Numbered from the stretch's first letter, positions 15,575 to 24,000 are shown. The stretch is DNA of 24,000 nt from Bacteroidales bacterium (GCA_047972135.1 JBKEAJ010000005.1:11798-35797); one strand, 5' to 3'. Notes: generated by a model not told the origin, from the letters alone. Translations and numbers: made by a program.

Positions 15575-16972
15575 ATGCCGGTTCGCGATTATACCTATTA
15601 CGACTATACCATTAGTCTTTGCCCAGAGTGCTTGAAGCGCATTGGGGCGAAAATAACCATCGAAGACGATGCTGATTTTATGAGAAAAAACTGTCCCGAG
15701 CATGGGGACTTTAAGACAAAGATAGCTTCGGATGTCGATTATTATAAGAATATTAGAAACTACAACAAGGCTTCGGATATGCCATTGTACTTTGAAAGCG
15801 AGATAAAGTACGGTTGCCCTTACGACTGCGGTTTGTGTGTCGACCATGAGCAGCACAGTTGTCTGTCGGTGGTCGAAGTAACCGACCAATGCAATATGTC
15901 TTGCCCCACTTGCTATGCCATGTCCTCGCCAAATTATGGTACTCACAGAACATTGGAAGAGATTGAGGCGATGTTTGATGCGGTAGTCAGAAACGAAGGT
16001 GAGCCTGATGTTGTGCAGATTAGCGGAGGTGAGCCAACAATCCATCCTGAGTTTTTTAAGATTATGGATATTGCCAAGTCGAAGCCTATTAAACACCTGA
16101 TGCTGAATACTAACGGAATCAGAATTGCCAACGAAGATGGATTTGCTGAGAAACTGGCTAGCTATGCTCCCGAATTTGAGATTTATCTGCAGTTTGATTC
16201 TTTTAAACCTGAGGTACTGAAAGACTTTAGAGGAAAGGATATGAGCGATGTGAGAATGAGGGCGTTGGAGAAATTGAACGAACTAAATTTATCTACAACT
16301 CTAGTGGTAGTTTTGCAACAAGGAAAGAATATTGACGAAATAGGAGCGATATTAGACTTTGCAGTAAAACAAAAATGTGTGAGAGGAGTTACATTCCAAC
16401 CCGTAGAAATAGCAGGGCGTAACAGAGAGGACTCCATCAGAGAGAAAATAACGCTGACAGAGGTCAGGCAAGAAGTCCTAAAGCAGTTTCCACTCCTACA
16501 AGCGGATGATATTATTCCTGTTCCTTGCAACCCCGACGCTCTGGCGATGGGATATATGCTGAAATTCTGTGGAGAAATTACTCCGCTGACACGCTATATT
16601 AATCCTGCCGATTTGCTGAATAATGCGTCTAAAAATACCATTATCTACGAGCAGGACGAAGGACTGAAAATGCAAATGATAGACATTTTTAGCACAGGCG
16701 TGTCTGTTGATGATGCCAAATCTAAGGTCGACCAACTGCTTTGCTGTTTGCCCTCAGTTTCCGCTCCGGGATTGGGATATGAAAATCTTTTCCGTATTAT
16801 TATTATGAACTTTATGGATGCCTACGATTTTGATGTCAGAGCGATTAAGAAATCTTGTGTCCATATCGTAAGTAAAGACTTGAAACTGACACCATTTGAG
16901 ACGATGAACCTGTTTTATCGGGACGATAAGAAAAAACATTTAGACAAGCTGCGAGAAACAAATATCTTATGA
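15575..16972 (+). CDS. Radical SAM enzyme with N-terminal zinc-ribbon/rubredoxin-like motif and an auxiliary Cys cluster (COG1964-like; possibly related to archaeal tetraether lipid synthase Tes/GDGT-MAS)
   Basis: Radical SAM motif C106-x3-C110-x2-C113 (CNMSCPTC) and SAM-binding ISGGEPT. Upstream motifs C16-x2-C19...C40-x2-H43 and a second C81-x3-C85-x2-C88...C96. No SPASM-type C-terminal Cys array. Confidence 0.85.
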   Translation: MPVRDYTYYDYTISLCPECLKRIGAKITIEDDADFMRKNCPEHGDFKTKIASDVDYYKNIRNYNKASDMPLYFESEIKYGCPYDCGLCVDHEQHSCLSVVEVTDQCNMSCPTCYAMSSPNYGTHRTLEEIEAMFDAVVRNEGEPDVVQISGGEPTIHPEFFKIMDIAKSKPIKHLMLNTNGIRIANEDGFAEKLASYAPEFEIYLQFDSFKPEVLKDFRGKDMSDVRMRALEKLNELNLSTTLVVVLQQGKNIDEIGAILDFAVKQKCVRGVTFQPVEIAGRNREDSIREKITLTEVRQEVLKQFPLLQADDIIPVPCNPDALAMGYMLKFCGEITPLTRYINPADLLNNASKNTIIYEQDEGLKMQMIDIFSTGVSVDDAKSKVDQLLCCLPSVSAPGLGYENLFRIIIMNFMDAYDFDVRAIKKSCVHIVSKDLKLTPFETMNLFYRDDKKKHLDKLRETNIL

Positions 16973-17002
16973 AAGGGTAATCAATAAATCATACAAAAGC
17001 GG

Positions 17003-17010
17003 TATATTTG
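17003..17010 (+). promoter_or_regulatory. Candidate -7 promoter box (TATATTTG) for argS
   Basis: Fits TAnnTTTG, 28 nt upstream of the ATG at 17038. The ORF-track TTG start at 17008 sits inside this box. Confidence 0.4.
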
Positions 17011-17037
17011 CAAATTGTCAAATTATATACACAAGGA

Positions 17038-18822
17038 ATGATGCCGGAAGAAGACCTGAAGAAATATGTATGTGCTGCTGTCAAAGCTCTATACAATACC
17101 GAAATAGATATAAACTCACTTCAAATACAAGAGACTCGAAAGGAGTTTGATGGAGAATTGACACTCGTAACTTTCCCTCTTACCCGCTCACTGAAACAAA
17201 AGCCCGAAGAGATTGGAAACTCTATTGGTAGCTATCTTGTCGAGAATATCGACAAAATAAAGGATTTCAATGTTGTAAAGGGCTTCTTAAACGTATCTTT
17301 TGAGGATAGTGTGTGGCATTCGCAATTGCTAAATGTCTTATCTAGTGATAATTATGGCTTGACGGGAGTAGATGCTTCGTCCAAAAGTGTAATGGTGGAA
17401 TTTTCGTCGCCAAACACAAATAAACCCTTGCATTTGGGGCATATCAGAAACAACCTGCTGGGCGACAGTATTTGCCGTATACTTGCTGCAAACGGCAATA
17501 AGGTAATCAGAACAAATATTGTAAATGACAGGGGTGTACACATTTGTAAATCCATGTATGCGTGGATGAAGTATGCTAAGGGAGAAAGCCCCGAAAGCTC
17601 CAGCAAGAAAGGCGACCATCTAGTGGGCGACTATTATGTGAAATTCGATACGGAGTATAAGCGAGAACTCGCAGAGCTGAAAGATAAAGGAATGAGCGAG
17701 GAGGAAGCCGCCGAAAATACAGAGTCATTGAAGGCTGTGCGTGATTTGCTCCGCAAGTGGGAAGCCAAAGACCCCGAAGTCTACGCTCTTTGGCAGAAAA
17801 TGAATGCTTGGGTATATGCAGGTTTTGATGAGACCTACAAGAAACTGGGTATTAGCTTCGATAAGATATACTATGAGTCCGATACCTACCTTGAGGGTAA
17901 AAATGAAGTCCTTAGAGGTTTAAATGAAGGTCTTTTTGTTAAGCATGACGACGGTTCGGTGTGGGCAGACCTCGAAGCAGATGGTTTAGACCAAAAGATA
18001 TTGCTACGCTCCGACGGAACTTCGGTGTATATGACGCAGGACATAGGAACGGCAAAGTTGCGATATCAGGATTATAAGATAGATAGAATGGTATATGTGG
18101 TTGGCAATGAGCAGGATTACCATTTTAAGGTTTTGTCTATTCTGCTCGATAAGCTCGGTTTTGAGTGGGGGAGCTCGCTGTTTCATTTTTCCTACGGTAT
18201 GGTGGAATTGCCACACGGTAAAATGAAATCCAGAGAAGGTACGGTGGTCGATGCCGACGACCTTGTAGAGGAAATGATAAGGGTTGCTAAAACCACTTCC
18301 GATGAGCTCGGCAAACTAGAAGGACTGTCGGACGAAGAGGCGTATAAAACCTACGAAATGATAGCTTTGGGAGCTTTGAAGTATTTTATTCTGAAAGTCG
18401 ACCCTAAGAAAAAAATGATGTTTAATCCCGACGAGTCTATTGACTTCAACGGAAATACTGGTCCTTTTATACAATATACCTATGCCCGTATTTGTTCTGT
18501 GTTGCGAAAAGCTGAGGAAATGGGCATAAAAACTGCTTATTCTTACGAAACTCTGGAGGAAAAAGAGAAAGCCTTGATAGTGATGCTGACAAAATTTGGC
18601 AGAGTAATCGACGAGGCAGCAACAAATTACAGTCCTGCCTTGATAGCAAACTATTGCTACGATGTGGCAAAAGCCTTCAATGCTTTCTACCACGACCATT
18701 CAATATTGAATGTAGACATCGATGAGCTGAAAGCATTTAGAACTAGTCTGGCAAAGGCGACAGGTAAGGTCTTAAAATCGGGAATGGAGCTGCTGGGTAT
18801 TATGATGCCCGAAAGAATGTAG
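17038..18822 (+). CDS. argS: Arginine--tRNA ligase
   Basis: Class I HIGH motif (SSPNTNKPLHLGHIRN), KMSK-like MKSREG, and the ArgRS N-terminal and DALR anticodon-binding regions. Confidence 0.96.
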   Translation: MMPEEDLKKYVCAAVKALYNTEIDINSLQIQETRKEFDGELTLVTFPLTRSLKQKPEEIGNSIGSYLVENIDKIKDFNVVKGFLNVSFEDSVWHSQLLNVLSSDNYGLTGVDASSKSVMVEFSSPNTNKPLHLGHIRNNLLGDSICRILAANGNKVIRTNIVNDRGVHICKSMYAWMKYAKGESPESSSKKGDHLVGDYYVKFDTEYKRELAELKDKGMSEEEAAENTESLKAVRDLLRKWEAKDPEVYALWQKMNAWVYAGFDETYKKLGISFDKIYYESDTYLEGKNEVLRGLNEGLFVKHDDGSVWADLEADGLDQKILLRSDGTSVYMTQDIGTAKLRYQDYKIDRMVYVVGNEQDYHFKVLSILLDKLGFEWGSSLFHFSYGMVELPHGKMKSREGTVVDADDLVEEMIRVAKTTSDELGKLEGLSDEEAYKTYEMIALGALKYFILKVDPKKKMMFNPDESIDFNGNTGPFIQYTYARICSVLRKAEEMGIKTAYSYETLEEKEKALIVMLTKFGRVIDEAATNYSPALIANYCYDVAKAFNAFYHDHSILNVDIDELKAFRTSLAKATGKVLKSGMELLGIMMPERM

Positions 18823-18825
18823 AGA

Positions 18826-18897
18826 CAGGGCATGCCCTGCCCTGCGTCTTGTTAATGTACGAACAAGTATCCCCCAAATCCGGGCAGTTGCGTATTG
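18826..18897. repeat. GC-rich palindrome plus repeat module immediately after argS
   Basis: Perfect 14-nt palindrome cagggcatgccctg (18826-18839), 4 nt after the stop. cccaaatccgggcag (18873-18887) resembles cccaaacagccgggcag (4291-4307). Confidence 0.6.
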
Positions 18898-18985
18898 TAA
18901 GAAGATAAGTTTTAATTAATCGACTGTTAGTTAGTAGCTATAAGTTAATAGCTAGCAGCTAATAAAAAAGATAATAAGAAAAAAA

Positions 18986-19567
18986 ATGTTGAATTTAGTA
19001 CTATTTGGACCTCCCGGAGCGGGGAAGGGCACGCAAGCAGAGTTTGTAAAAAACAAGGAAACACTCCTACACCTTTCAACGGGTGAGATTTTGAGAAGAG
19101 AAATATCTAATGGCACAGAGCTGGGAGTGGAAGCAAAGAAATGGATGGATGGTGGAAACCTTGTTCCCGATGAAGTGGTTATCGGAATGATAAGAAATAT
19201 TATCGAACGAAACCCCGACGTAAAAGGTTTTATTTTTGACGGTTTCCCTCGTACTGTGGCTCAGGCTGAGGCTCTTGATATTATGCTAGAAAGTATGAAT
19301 ATTCCTATTTCGGGAGTAGTGTCTTTGGAAGTGGGTGAACAAGAGCTGACTGACAGATTGCTCGAACGTGGAAAAGTATCGGGCAGAGTTGACGACCAAG
19401 ACGAGTCGATAATTGCAAATCGTATTGCTGTCTATACCAAAAATACGATGCCACTTTTGGACTACTATAAAAATCAAGAAAAACATTTCGGTGTTAATGG
19501 CACAGGCTCAATTGAGGAAATTGCGGACAGGGTGGCTGAAGCAATTCAAAGAATAAAAAACAGATAG
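18986..19567 (+). CDS. adk: Adenylate kinase (short form, no zinc lid)
   Basis: P-loop LFGPPGAGKGTQAE, STGEILR, GFIFDGFPRT. Confidence 0.95.
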   Translation: MLNLVLFGPPGAGKGTQAEFVKNKETLLHLSTGEILRREISNGTELGVEAKKWMDGGNLVPDEVVIGMIRNIIERNPDVKGFIFDGFPRTVAQAEALDIMLESMNIPISGVVSLEVGEQELTDRLLERGKVSGRVDDQDESIIANRIAVYTKNTMPLLDYYKNQEKHFGVNGTGSIEEIADRVAEAIQRIKNR

Positions 19568-19586
19568 TTAGTAGCAAACAAGTAGT

Positions 19587-20573
19587 ATGGCAGGTTCTAA
19601 TTTTGTAGATTATGTGAAGATTTTCTGCCGCTCCGGAAAAGGAGGGGCAGGTTCTACACATATGCGTAGAGAGAAATATATTCCCAAAGGCGGACCTGAC
19701 GGTGGCGATGGCGGACGTGGAGGTCATATTATCATTAGAGGCAATAGTCAAATGTGGACTTTGCTGCCTTTGAGATATAAAAAGCACCTTTTTGCAGGAC
19801 ATGGCGAAAGTGGCTCGGGTGCTCATAAACATGGTGCCGACGGCGATGATATAGTCATAGAAGTTCCTCTGGGTACAGTTATAAAAAATGGTGAGAACGA
19901 GGAATTTCTATTTGAAATAACAGAGGATGGCGAGGAGCAAATTGTCGTAAAAGGTGGTAGAGGCGGATTGGGAAATACCCATTTTAAGTCCTCAACCAAC
20001 CAAACTCCACGCTATTCCCAACCGGGGGAGGATTATGTGGAAGGATGGTTTATATTGGAGCTGAAAGTCTTGGCAGATGTGGGACTGGTGGGTTTTCCTA
20101 GTGCTGGCAAGTCGACCTTGCTGTCGGTAGTGTCGGCGGCAAAACCCAAAATCGCAGCTTACCCTTTTACTACGCTAGTGCCAAATCTGGGCATTGTGTC
20201 CTATCACGATTATAAATCTTTCGTGATGGCGGATATTCCCGGTATTATTGAGGGAGCAGCCGAAGGAAAAGGGCTGGGTATTAGATTCTTGAGGCATATT
20301 GAGCGCAATGCGGCTCTTCTGTTTATGGTCCCTGCCGACAGCGACGACCATCTTAAAGAGTATAATATACTATTGGATGAGTGCAAAAAATATAATGCCG
20401 AACTATTGGATAAGAAAAGATATTTAGTGATAAGCAAGTGTGATATGTTGGATGAGGTGTTGATGAATGATATTAGCAAGGAGTTGGACGGTATTCCTCA
20501 TACCTTTATGTCTTCAATAACGAATTATAATATTCAGACGCTGAAAGACGTGCTTTGGCAAATGATTAATTGA
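19587..20573 (+). CDS. obg: GTPase Obg/CgtA
   Basis: Glycine-rich Obg fold [42 protein letters not shown] domain motifs [13 protein letters not shown] and SKCD. Confidence 0.95.
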   Translation: MAGSNFVDYVKIFCRSGKGGAGSTHMRREKYIPKGGPDGGDGGRGGHIIIRGNSQMWTLLPLRYKKHLFAGHGESGSGAHKHGADGDDIVIEVPLGTVIKNGENEEFLFEITEDGEEQIVVKGGRGGLGNTHFKSSTNQTPRYSQPGEDYVEGWFILELKVLADVGLVGFPSAGKSTLLSVVSAAKPKIAAYPFTTLVPNLGIVSYHDYKSFVMADIPGIIEGAAEGKGLGIRFLRHIERNAALLFMVPADSDDHLKEYNILLDECKKYNAELLDKKRYLVISKCDMLDEVLMNDISKELDGIPHTFMSSITNYNIQTLKDVLWQMIN

Positions 20574-20574
20574 A

Positions 20575-22614
20575 ATGAAATTTGTAAATCCTAATTTCCT
20601 ATATGCACTGGCATTTATTGCCGTGCCGATACTGATTCACCTATTCAACTTTAGGAGATACAAAACTGTGTATTTTAGTAATACAGCACTGCTTCAAACT
20701 TTAAAACGTGAGTCGAAACGACGTAGTAGACTGAAAGAACTCCTTATCCTCTTGATGCGGATTCTGGCTATAGTTTGTTTGGTGATAGCATTTGCACAGC
20801 CATATATTCCTTATAATGATGAAGTTGACACAAAGGTTGGGGGGAATATTGCAGTGTATGTCGATAATTCTTTCAGCATGCAGCTCAACGGCGAGGCAGG
20901 ACCGCTTATCGAAGAAGCACGCAGTATGGCGGTGGAGATTGCTAATTCAGCTTCGTCGGGTTCTATGTTTATGCTCATTAGCAACGACTTGTCGCCCGAG
21001 AATAGACGCTTGGTGTCGAAAGAGGAATTTCTGCAAAACCTTAGCAAAATCACTTTTAGTCCCAAAGCTCCATCTTATAAATCAATAGTTTCGTATGTGA
21101 ACTCCGTACTGGGGGGAGCAGGGGAGTCCTCATTATATTTATTATCGGATTTTCAGCAAAATAGCTTCTCTTTTAATGATGTCGCCGTAGATAGTGCTTG
21201 TAGTATTTATGTGGCAAAAGTGAAAAACTCAGAAATAAACGATGTTTCTATTGACAGTTGCTGGTTTAATAGTCCCGGACGCACTGTCGGAAAGAGTAAT
21301 ACTCTGAAAGTGAAATTGAAAAATCATGGCTCTCAACCAATAATAGATATGCCTATAAGGTTTTATATTAATGATACTTTGAAAACGTCTACTACTGCAA
21401 TAATAGATGCTAAATCGGACACTACAATAAGTATCGTATATACTTCCTCGAAGGCAGGAATAAAAAAAGCCTCAGTCGAAATTAACGATTTGCCCGTGTC
21501 CTTCGACGATAAGTATTTTATGAGCTATAAGGTAAGTAAACATATCAAGGTAATCGAACTAGTAGACGGACAAAGCAAACACTCAAACAGTTTTGCAAAA
21601 CTATATAACTTGGATGATTTCCTCAACCTTAAACAAGTTGATTATAGGAGTTTTAAAACATCTGATTTAATCACTACTAATCTGCTGATTTTGAACCAAA
21701 TGAAATCTATATCTAGTGGTTTGTCTAATGCCATATCAAAGTATGTGGAGGAGGGAGGAGCTATGATTTATGTGCCATCAGATAATCTGGCGACAGAGAA
21801 AAATAAGTCATCTTTTTTGCAGGCTTTAAGTCTGCCCGGATACATTTCGCAAGATTCTTCAAGGTCTAGCCTTGGGCGTGTCAATTTTAATGATATTATA
21901 TACAAAGACGTATTTGAAAAGCGTGAGAGCAGTGGAGATTTGCCCAAGCTGAAAGGTGCATATAGATTATCGCGAGGTGCAAATACCTCCTTTGCAGTAT
22001 TGTCGATGTTGAATGGGGAAACTGCACTCGGAAGGGTGAATGTAGGGCAGGGGCAGGTTTATATGTTCGGCTTCCCACTGTCTGAAAATAAAGAGTTCAC
22101 GCAGGATGTTCTCTTTGTGCCGACAGCTTATAATATAGCGATGAATAGTATTCCCTATACAAGTCTTTCGTATTCATTGTCATCAGATCAGGTAATAAGC
22201 GGTAGAACAGCAGAGCTTGATAATCACTTGCAGATTGTGGTGAAATACAAGGAGCAAGAGGGACGTTACGCTGTTGAGCAACGTGGAGTGGGGGTGTATG
22301 CTCTAAATTTGTCGGATGCTTTGAGTACTCACGGTTTTTATGATATAAATTCGGAAAATGGTGATGAAATAAAATCTCTGGCATATAACTATTCTCGCAG
22401 TGAGGCTGATTTTAGAACATATAGCTCAGAACAAATTATAAGTATTGCCAATGACAATGGTATTAAAAACATTGATTATCTGGGCGAAGGAATGGATGAG
22501 CTGAATAGTGCGTTGGAAGTTTTAAATAGCGGAAACACCATGTGGAAGCTATTTTTAATACTCTGTATCCTCTTTATAATCTGCGAAGCATTGATTATCA
22601 GGTTTGTGAAATAA
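20575..22614 (+). CDS. BatA-like N-terminal double-transmembrane domain protein with a C-terminal membrane anchor
   Basis: MKFVNPNFLYALAFIAVPILIHLFNFRRYKTVYFSNTALL matches the aerotolerance-operon BatA / two-anchor N-terminal domain pattern. C-terminal helix MWKLFLILCILFIICEALII. Starts 1 nt after the obg stop. Confidence 0.7.
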   Translation: MKFVNPNFLYALAFIAVPILIHLFNFRRYKTVYFSNTALLQTLKRESKRRSRLKELLILLMRILAIVCLVIAFAQPYIPYNDEVDTKVGGNIAVYVDNSFSMQLNGEAGPLIEEARSMAVEIANSASSGSMFMLISNDLSPENRRLVSKEEFLQNLSKITFSPKAPSYKSIVSYVNSVLGGAGESSLYLLSDFQQNSFSFNDVAVDSACSIYVAKVKNSEINDVSIDSCWFNSPGRTVGKSNTLKVKLKNHGSQPIIDMPIRFYINDTLKTSTTAIIDAKSDTTISIVYTSSKAGIKKASVEINDLPVSFDDKYFMSYKVSKHIKVIELVDGQSKHSNSFAKLYNLDDFLNLKQVDYRSFKTSDLITTNLLILNQMKSISSGLSNAISKYVEEGGAMIYVPSDNLATEKNKSSFLQALSLPGYISQDSSRSSLGRVNFNDIIYKDVFEKRESSGDLPKLKGAYRLSRGANTSFAVLSMLNGETALGRVNVGQGQVYMFGFPLSENKEFTQDVLFVPTAYNIAMNSIPYTSLSYSLSSDQVISGRTAELDNHLQIVVKYKEQEGRYAVEQRGVGVYALNLSDALSTHGFYDINSENGDEIKSLAYNYSRSEADFRTYSSEQIISIANDNGIKNIDYLGEGMDELNSALEVLNSGNTMWKLFLILCILFIICEALIIRFVK

Positions 22615-22647
22615 AAAAAGTGCTGTGATAGGAGTCACAACACTTTC
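22613..22647. terminator. Bidirectional terminator hairpin between convergent genes
   Basis: An A run, then stem gtgctgtga (22620-22628) / tcacaacac (22635-22643) with one mismatch, then ttt. Confidence 0.6.
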
Positions 22648-22670
22648 TCAATATTATCACTGCGCAAGTG

Positions 22671-23363
22671 TTATTCGCCTGCTGCTTGTTGTGCGTCTTG
22701 TACCATCTTCTCACTGGGAACGATATATACTTCTACACGGCGGTTCTTTGCTCTGTTTTCAGGCGTGTCGTTGGTTACGCGAGGCTTAGTCTCGCCAAAC
22801 CACTGAGTTGCAATTCTTGATTTGTCTATGCCTTGAGAAATAAGATAATTACTCACCGATTCTGCCCTGTTTTCTGACAATTTTAAGTTGTACTCATCCT
22901 TGCCTACATCGTCAGTATGTCCGTTGATTTGCAAGTAGGTGTCAGGAAACTCTTGGAAAATACCTGAAAGTTTTGCAAGATTTGTTTTTGACAGATCATT
23001 CAAATCATATTTATTCGTGGGGAAGGTTATTCCATCCTGATTACCGTCGAATGTGATTGCCAAAGCCTCGCCGTTATTGATTTTCTCAACTTCAGCTCCA
23101 GGAATAGTCGACTCTATTGCCTGTGCCTGCTTGTCCATATTACGCCCAATAAGTGCTCCCGTTCCTCCACCTACGGCAGCACCAATTGCTGCTCCTAAAG
23201 CTTCGTTGCCGTCGCCGATGAAGTGTCCGATAATTCCGCCTATTACAGCACCGCCGCCTGCTCCAATGGTAGCGCCTTTCTGTGTGTTGTTCATACTTGC
23301 ACACGATACTAATGCTCCAATAATTAGAAAGATTGAAGCATATCTAATCACCATTCTTTTCAT
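22671..23363 (-). CDS. OmpA-family lipoprotein with an N-terminal glycine-zipper region
   Basis: Signal and lipobox MKRMVIRYASIFLIIGALVSCAS. Glycine zipper GATIGAGGGAVIGGIIGHFIG...GGGTGALIG. OmpA C-terminal domain INGHTDDVGKDEYNLKLSENRAESV...NRRVEVYIV. The ORF-track start at 23444 overlaps the upstream gene and is unlikely. Confidence 0.85.
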   Translation of the reverse strand: MKRMVIRYASIFLIIGALVSCASMNNTQKGATIGAGGGAVIGGIIGHFIGDGNEALGAAIGAAVGGGTGALIGRNMDKQAQAIESTIPGAEVEKINNGEALAITFDGNQDGITFPTNKYDLNDLSKTNLAKLSGIFQEFPDTYLQINGHTDDVGKDEYNLKLSENRAESVSNYLISQGIDKSRIATQWFGETKPRVTNDTPENRAKNRRVEVYIVPSEKMVQDAQQAAGE

Positions 23364-23404
23364 ACTTTTTTTTTTGTGTTTACTAAATAATGAATTAAAA
23401 CCTA

Positions 23405-23914
23405 TTACTTTGCTTGCTTCGTAAAGTTCAGAGTAATAGGGCATTGCTTGTTCAGAAACAATACGGTTGTTTTTAAACTAAAATATGTTTCCGTTGCATT
23501 GTAAATCTCAAAGTCGTAGCCTGTAGTTACAGTCTTGGCTTTTGTCCCTTCGTCAACAACTTTGAATCTAAAACTGTTACCTAATACAGACCAAACGATT
23601 TTTCGAGTGGTAGAGTAGCATTTGCTGCTCTCGGGCAATGTGTACGTGCCTGTGTTGTTGTTGGAGATTAAATGCCAGGTACTGCCTTGAAAGCATGATG
23701 CATCGCCTTCGCCTAATACTGTTACATCGCCTGCCAATTGTTTTAATCCCGGGTCTATTTCAACACTGTTGACTACCCAAGTGCCATTAAATAGGCTCTT
23801 TTTTAGATTTGCTGCGCTTGCCGTACTTGAAGTTGTAGACTGTGAGCTTGAGCAAGACACCGCAACTAGTGCAAAAGCCAGTAATGCAGGTAAAATAAAA
23901 TTCCTAATTTTCAT
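23405..23914 (-). CDS. Lipocalin-like domain lipoprotein
   Basis: Lipoprotein signal MKIRNFILPALLAFALVAVSCSSS. NGTWVVNSVEID...TWHLISNNNTGTYTL is typical of the bacterial lipocalin-like domain family. Confidence 0.7.
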   Translation of the reverse strand: MKIRNFILPALLAFALVAVSCSSSQSTTSSTASAANLKKSLFNGTWVVNSVEIDPGLKQLAGDVTVLGEGDASCFQGSTWHLISNNNTGTYTLPESSKCYSTTRKIVWSVLGNSFRFKVVDEGTKAKTVTTGYDFEIYNATETYFSLKTTVLFLNKQCPITLNFTKQAK

Positions 23915-23940
23915 ACGTTTCTAATTTATTGTTCTAATAA

Positions 23941-23974
23941 TTAAAAGAGTGTAATCCTTTTTAAATTACACCCC
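23941..23974 (-). terminator. Probable terminator of the next minus-strand gene to the right
   Basis: 7-bp stem gtgtaat (23949-23955) / attacac (23965-23971). On the minus strand it is followed by tctttt. Confidence 0.5.
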
Positions 23975-24000
23975 CAAATAAACTACTTTTATTTGTATTC

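Noticed and set aside
15542-16972. Antisense ORFs within the radical SAM gene: 15542..16096, 15753..15953, 15943..16131, 16183..16530, 16496..16735, 16754..16939.
   Set aside because: They lie opposite a gene with clear family motifs, and none has a recognisable signature.
23366-23375. 10-nt homopolymer (T10 on plus, A10 on minus) just upstream of the OmpA lipoprotein ATG. Considered as a phase-variation tract.
   Set aside because: It lies in the intergenic leader, not in the coding sequence, once the start at 23363 is used. A-rich leaders are normal for translation initiation in Bacteroidota. No evidence of length variation is available.
694-23444. N-terminal extensions in the ORF track: 694 (PP2C), 9210 (engB), 11748 (DUF1266), 12821 GTG (lipoprotein), 17008 TTG (argS), 23444 (OmpA lipoprotein).
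   Set aside because: In each case an internal ATG gives the canonical family N-terminus or a proper signal peptide. The extensions run through promoter, leader or neighbouring-gene sequence.
1-24000. Scan for CRISPR arrays, tRNA/rRNA genes, transposases, integrases, and a DGR reverse transcriptase or template repeat.
   Set aside because: I found no regularly spaced direct repeats, no tRNA-like cloverleaf candidates in the short intergenic regions, and no ORF with transposase, integrase or RT (YxDD) motifs. I found no extra non-coding copy of ccgtgtggtacgtggcggt.

Overview
The window looks like a chromosomal segment of an AT-rich Bacteroidota (Bacteroidales-like) genome. This is inferred from TAnnTTTG-type promoter motifs, A-rich leaders without Shine-Dalgarno sequences, many Cys-lipobox lipoproteins, and a BatA-like gene.

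Most of the window is housekeeping. On the minus strand: ahcY, hslR, pth, rplY/ctc, prs and engB. On the plus strand: a yqhD-like alcohol dehydrogenase, argS, adk and obg.

Two accessory modules stand out.

(1) 742-4191: a PP2C phosphatase gene followed by an 886-aa secreted protein made of three tandem FGE-sulfatase (C-type-lectin-fold) domains.
- The domains are encoded by three ~690-nt intragenic repeats.
- The last ~78 nt of each repeat is hypervariable. Codon positions 1 and 2 change while the third base (mostly C) stays fixed. This resembles variable regions of a diversity-generating retroelement (DGR).
- No template repeat or reverse transcriptase lies in this window.

(2) 13792-16972: a short, divergent Lgt-family membrane transferase, two paralogous ~60-aa two-helix membrane peptides, and a radical SAM enzyme.
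- One peptide (58 aa) is below the ORF-track cutoff.
- The radical SAM enzyme has an N-terminal zinc-ribbon/rubredoxin-like motif and a second CX3CX2C motif.
- I read this as a candidate uncharacterised lipid or lipopeptide modification module.

Several intergenic regions carry a family of short GC-rich palindromic and interspersed repeats, which generate spurious ORFs. I saw no tRNA or rRNA genes, CRISPR arrays, transposases or integrases.
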